Origin: an uncultured Gammaproteobacteria bacterium
Lineage (GTDB): Bacteria > Patescibacteriota > Microgenomatia > UBA8517
Direction: 5' to 3'
Assembly (NCBI GenBank): GCA_964617045.1
Contig: CAZTVZ010000001.1
Coordinates: forward strand, 136,763 to 200,762
DNA: 64,000 nt
Shown here: in pieces, positions 59,510 through 64,000 of the stretch
Position numbering within the stretch: the stretch's first letter is position 1
Layout: each line of letters starts with the position of its first letter
Notes under the pieces: generated by a model
Database searches by the model: none
The model's input: only the letters and a program-made list of their open reading frames with translations
Told to the model about the DNA's origin: nothing
Made by a program: the position numbers and the translations under genes

Positions 59510-61396
59510 TTATTTTTTTATTATTCGAAAAATTATTTCACCCGGTAAAACCACCGGGGGGATAGCCACGTACTTAGATTCATCTTGAATCAAATAATAT
59601 CTGCCTTCACCAAAGAATCTGCCATAACATTTTGTATTGTTCTCAATTATTACCTGAGTCTCTTTGCTCGATATTTTCTTGGTAAGAATATCAAGTTTAT
59701 CAGCTTCGGTAAAATAGCAGTTAGAATCTTTTTCTTTTGAAAAATCATATATTGCCCATCTTTTATCGGACCACACAAGACTACCACGGTATTTTTCCGC
59801 TATCTGAGACGCAAAATTCGGTTTATAAAAATAATCCAAAACAAGCAATTCGATATTTAGTGCCCTTACATAATTCTTCCAACCCGGATCATCAACAGAA
59901 TCCAATCTTGAGTTTTGGATGTGCATATCTTCAAAAACAGTACCCGTATATCCATTAACCAAAACGAAATCTTTTTGCATCGACATAATCATGTATTCGG
60001 TATTTGCAGCATTGCTTTCGTTTGTCGGTAGAAATGCAACATTTTTTTTGGACATATCGTAATTCGGAAATGATTGCGAATACTTGGGCATGTAATAAAT
60101 GTTTACAGTTTCAGCTCCGACGAGCAAAATAACAATAAGGGTGAACAGATTCTTCATCGATCTGTTCCTTATTTTATTGAACATCTTTTCATATGCGGAA
60201 CCAGCGATTAAGGCAATAAAAATAATTCCTACCAGCATTATTCTTCCCGGAGTTCTTGTTAACGACAATGTTGGGAAGATTTGAAATAGATAGTAGAAAG
60301 GCAGCTTTATGTTTTCATCATTTAGATTTAAAAATGGACCCAGGGAAATAATCATCGCAAAAAATGAAGAAATAACCCAAGCCCAATGTATTTTCTTCTT
60401 ACGAAGCAAAAACAAGAAAATAAGAGATAGCACGGTTGCTATTACCCCAGAAGATAAGGTCATTTCCAAACGATGCTTAAGCGTGTAGTCTAATCCAAAC
60501 AGATTAAATACTTTTTGTACTGTCAAATAGTAAATTCCGTTTGGGTTGCCTTCCAAATAACCAAAAACATTTCCGGAGTGATTTGCAGCCTCTTCGATTG
60601 AACGAGAGTAGTTTTCTTTTATCGAATAATCGCGATATGAGTCAAATATTTTTAATATGGGGAACAACGACAAAAACAAAATAACCAAAGATAAGACTAT
60701 TTGCCTAAGGTATTCTGTCTTCCCGCTTTTCTTAAGCTTTTCGAAAAATAAAAACATTCCGTAAGGGAACAACAAAATGAAGCTAAATAATGTTAATTGC
60801 ATATTATTTAATGCGTTAAGAACAACGATGCCGGCTAAGATAAGGGAATTTTTATTTCCCGGCTGTTCAATTATTTTGTGGATTAGAACAAGCAGGGGGG
60901 GTATAAAAATCCGAGACAGATACTCCATATGTCCCGGAAATCTAATCGTTACTAAGGGCGCGAAAGAAAAAATTACAGCCGCAATCAAGACAGCAATCTT
61001 ATTTTTTAGAAAATATTTGAATGAATAATAACTGCTTACAAAGGTTAAAACGAAAGATAACAATATTTTTATATTTGTAGAGAAAGCGACATTGTTGGTC
61101 AAATAATACGGTATTCCAAAAAGAACGAGTGATTGGAATGGTTGAAAATCGAATAAGGCAAGAATATTGGGAAAAGGATAGTGAATCGGAGGGCTAAACA
61201 GGGTCGAGTAACTTCCCGAAGTAATTTTCGAGAACACATACCACAAAGTCCAAGCATTTGATTCAAAATCTTCCCTTGGAAAATATACATTCGACAACTC
61301 TCTCATAAAAGGATAGGTTGCAAAATAAGTAAGAATAAGTGCCATTACGATTACCAGCAAAAATTCCGATACGATTTTATTAATTTTGTTTTTCAT
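59510..61396 (-). CDS. Polytopic GT-C/YfhO-like membrane protein
   Basis: Many TMs; NAWTLW, HYPFPN, RTPGR, VNGYTG. Confidence 0.75.
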   Translation of the reverse strand: MKNKINKIVSEFLLVIVMALILTYFATYPFMRELSNVYFPREDFESNAWTLWYVFSKITSGSYSTLFSPPIHYPFPNILALFDFQPFQSLVLFGIPYYLTNNVAFSTNIKILLSFVLTFVSSYYSFKYFLKNKIAVLIAAVIFSFAPLVTIRFPGHMEYLSRIFIPPLLVLIHKIIEQPGNKNSLILAGIVVLNALNNMQLTLFSFILLFPYGMFLFFEKLKKSGKTEYLRQIVLSLVILFLSLFPILKIFDSYRDYSIKENYSRSIEEAANHSGNVFGYLEGNPNGIYYLTVQKVFNLFGLDYTLKHRLEMTLSSGVIATVLSLIFLFLLRKKKIHWAWVISSFFAMIISLGPFLNLNDENIKLPFYYLFQIFPTLSLTRTPGRIMLVGIIFIALIAGSAYEKMFNKIRNRSMKNLFTLIVILLVGAETVNIYYMPKYSQSFPNYDMSKKNVAFLPTNESNAANTEYMIMSMQKDFVLVNGYTGTVFEDMHIQNSRLDSVDDPGWKNYVRALNIELLVLDYFYKPNFASQIAEKYRGSLVWSDKRWAIYDFSKEKDSNCYFTEADKLDILTKKISSKETQVIIENNTKCYGRFFGEGRYYLIQDESKYVAIPPVVLPGEIIFRIIKK

Positions 61397-63368
61397 TTAT
61401 TTCGTTCCAAAAATTGATATTACATTTCAAATCAATAATATTCGAGAAATTGATACAGCAGGAAGAAGGTGTTTTAGTATCTACTATCTCAGTTTTATTG
61501 ACCTTCTCGCTATCCACAACGAACGGCAAATAATAATATCTGAAAACGAACTGCTGTGAATAACTGGATGCATCGATATCTTCTCCCGCAAAATGTATTT
61601 GAGTACAACCTCTTTTCTGCAAATCGACAAAACCATTCAAAAATTGATGATAATTCCGAGAATCAATATAGCCCCATCTTATATCCTCAAATCCCGATTC
61701 GTTATTTGCATTCCGAAATACACTTGCTGTTAACATCAAGACAATTAATACGATCGTAATTAATTTAACAATCAATTTAATTCCCGGGCTTCCAACAATT
61801 ATCGATATCATAAAGATAATTCCCAAATGGGCTATACCAAAAGTCCTTTCAACAAAAATGCAGGGGAAAATAATTGAAAAAACTGTCAAGCCAATCGTAC
61901 TTGCGATAAAAAGTCCATAACCGATCCAATAACCCAGGTTAGTTTTATCTTCCAACTTTTTCGCAACAAAAAAAGGAGATAAAAGCAGTAAAGCAGCAAC
62001 CGCATACCCGAAAACTTCTTCCCTTATTCTAAAGAAACTTTCGGCAATAATTTTTTTACTTGCAAAAATGATTCCAATTTTTTCCCCGTTTACACAATTT
62101 GACATAATTCTAGATGCCGGTTCCCAGCTTGCTCGTAGATAAAACAAGTTTGGCAATAAAACAATTCCCGATAGAACCAACGAAATGAAATATGCCTTTC
62201 GAATATTTGGCTTCAAAATTAAAAAAATGAAAATCTCAAAAATAAAGAATAAAACCGCTGAGTAGTGTGTATTAAATAAAAGAAAATTCGTAAGTATAAA
62301 TTTAATCATAGTAACAAAATTGTTTGTTTTATCTGTCGCATTGATAAACGATTGAATATTTTTGATTTGATACAGAGCCAGAGCAATCAGAAGGTTGTAA
62401 GGAGATATCCAAAAATTAACATTTATAAAATACGTGGAAAGCGAATAAAGAAACAAAGCAAAATATCTTGAAAAGTTGGAGTAGTGTTTGAAAATATCAT
62501 TAATCAAATAAAACGATAAAACAAATAATAAAATTGATGAAAATCTTAACCACTGTAAGTTGTTTGATACGCTACTCCATAATTTCAAAAAAGTAATATA
62601 TCCCGAAGGGTTGTTTTCAGGAATATGTACTGTTGTTAAAAGTTCGGGCATCGAGAACCTCTTCGCGGCATCAAAAATCATTGCTTCGTCCGCCCACATT
62701 GAAATATTTAACATTGAATCAATTCTTAAGATCAATCCAACAATTAATAAAATAAAGGCCAAAACCAAAGGTGCACCTGTCACTATCCTGATCATCGAAA
62801 ATGCAATCATTTTAACTGTTCTTAAAACGATCAATGTTTTGTTTATAAAATTGAGGTTATTAATCATATCCATATCCATCTCCATCCACTGAGTAAAACT
62901 GTTGTTGTGACTTCCGGAAACAACCCACAAAGAAGTGATGCCCGGATTAACAGAGAACCGCATGGAATATTTTTTACTTATTTTTCCGGCTTCTCCGGGA
63001 GGCAAAGGTCTTGGTCCAACAAAGGACATTTCCCCTTTTATGATATTGATAAGCTGGGGTAGTTCATCCAAGCCCGTGTGGGCAAGAACCCTTCCGAATT
63101 TGGTAAAACGCGGATCGTTATATATTTTAAATACCGGACCGTCTGCTTCATTGATTTTTTCATACCTTCCCTGGTGTTTTTCTGCTCCCACGTACATGGT
63201 ACGGAATTTGATAATTTTAAATATATTTTTATTTTTCCCCAAACGTTTTTGCAGGAAAAACGGATTCGAAAAATCCTGTACCCATATCAACATCGACACC
63301 AGTACAAACAGTGGTGAAAGAAGGATCAACAACAACACTGCGATTATTTTTTCAATAACGATTTGCAT
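61380..63368 (-). CDS. Bacterial sugar transferase (PGT) fused to a GT-C/PMT-like domain
   Basis: KFRTM, DPRFT, LDELPQ, MSFVGPRP, PGIT, followed by SMWADEA and multiple TMs. Confidence 0.85.
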   Translation of the reverse strand: MQIVIEKIIAVLLLILLSPLFVLVSMLIWVQDFSNPFFLQKRLGKNKNIFKIIKFRTMYVGAEKHQGRYEKINEADGPVFKIYNDPRFTKFGRVLAHTGLDELPQLINIIKGEMSFVGPRPLPPGEAGKISKKYSMRFSVNPGITSLWVVSGSHNNSFTQWMEMDMDMINNLNFINKTLIVLRTVKMIAFSMIRIVTGAPLVLAFILLIVGLILRIDSMLNISMWADEAMIFDAAKRFSMPELLTTVHIPENNPSGYITFLKLWSSVSNNLQWLRFSSILLFVLSFYLINDIFKHYSNFSRYFALFLYSLSTYFINVNFWISPYNLLIALALYQIKNIQSFINATDKTNNFVTMIKFILTNFLLFNTHYSAVLFFIFEIFIFLILKPNIRKAYFISLVLSGIVLLPNLFYLRASWEPASRIMSNCVNGEKIGIIFASKKIIAESFFRIREEVFGYAVAALLLLSPFFVAKKLEDKTNLGYWIGYGLFIASTIGLTVFSIIFPCIFVERTFGIAHLGIIFMISIIVGSPGIKLIVKLITIVLIVLMLTASVFRNANNESGFEDIRWGYIDSRNYHQFLNGFVDLQKRGCTQIHFAGEDIDASSYSQQFVFRYYYLPFVVDSEKVNKTEIVDTKTPSSCCINFSNIIDLKCNINFWNEINEKQN

Positions 63369-63397
63369 GATTACTAATATTAATCTAATATTGACCC

Positions 63398-64000
63398 GTG
63401 ACTAAATCAGCGGGGAATATCAAATCCAAGTTTACAATATATTTATTCATTATTATCTGCCTGTCTGTTGCCGCATTTATATTTATTAAACTTCAAGACA
63501 CCAACAAACAAGACTTATATGTAAAAGTTAAACTATCACAGGGCTATTGGTGGAGCGCAACGAGTAAACCAAATTATTGGATACCTTCAAGCATAAATTT
63601 GGGTAATTACGAAACAGACACGGGAGGAGTAATATCTGCAGAAATTATTGAAACAAGATACTATCCTTTCATTGAATATCAGGATGAAAATACAATTAGA
63701 GCCGAAACTCAATACAATGCATATGTCGTTGCAAAAATTAAAGCAACATATAACAAATCGCAAGGAAAATACTATTACAAAAGAGATAGCCTGACTATCG
63801 CCTCACCAATTGCAATTGAAACAACCAATACATTAATAAACGGAACAATTATGCAAATATCGGAATCGGAAATTCAGAATAATAGTAAAAACATTAAAGT
63901 CCTTTTGTCCAAACCAACATCTAATACCGGTACGTATGCTGTTAGGGGAGAAAAGTATTTTGACGGAACGGAAGATGTATTGGAAATCGTAAATTCATAT
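63398..64000 (+). CDS. Membrane-anchored hypothetical protein (DUF4330-like), partial
   Basis: Manual translation from GTG: TM, then VKVKLSQGYWWSATSKPNYW; apparently continues off the window. Confidence 0.6.
   Translation, partial: MTKSAGNIKSKFTIYLFIIICLSVAAFIFIKLQDTNKQDLYVKVKLSQGYWWSATSKPNYWIPSSINLGNYETDTGGVISAEIIETRYYPFIEYQDENTIRAETQYNAYVVAKIKATYNKSQGKYYYKRDSLTIASPIAIETTNTLINGTIMQISESEIQNNSKNIKVLLSKPTSNTGTYAVRGEKYFDGTEDVLEIVNSY

Overview
AT-rich bacterial chromosomal window using genetic code 11. Gene content and compact, largely leaderless organisation suggest a Patescibacteria/CPR (Microgenomates-like) genome; this is an inference. The housekeeping backbone is thyX, topA, dprA, pbp2, mreB, def-fmt, rpmB, a 6S-like RNA, four tRNAs, queA, rpmG, gmd, rpsU, rnhB and secE-nusG-rplKA-rplJL. 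It is followed by an ATP-grasp ligase operon, a cell-wall operon and a glycosylation locus containing a PqqD/kinase/nucleotidyltransferase module. The main find lies at tRNA-Trp. A large serine recombinase element (about 13407-24338) is integrated there, with its reading frame running through the crossover. Four related att half-site 'arms' (about 21621, 24304, 24827 and 25747) each encode the recombinase's alternative C-terminal tail. They separate single-gene or two-gene cargo blocks, and the outer two are progressively more diverged. The result resembles an integron-like cassette record built by a serine recombinase. The recombinase also has a promoter-linked leader with two interleaved stems, and the cargo includes OLD, HEPN-like and PIN candidate defence genes.
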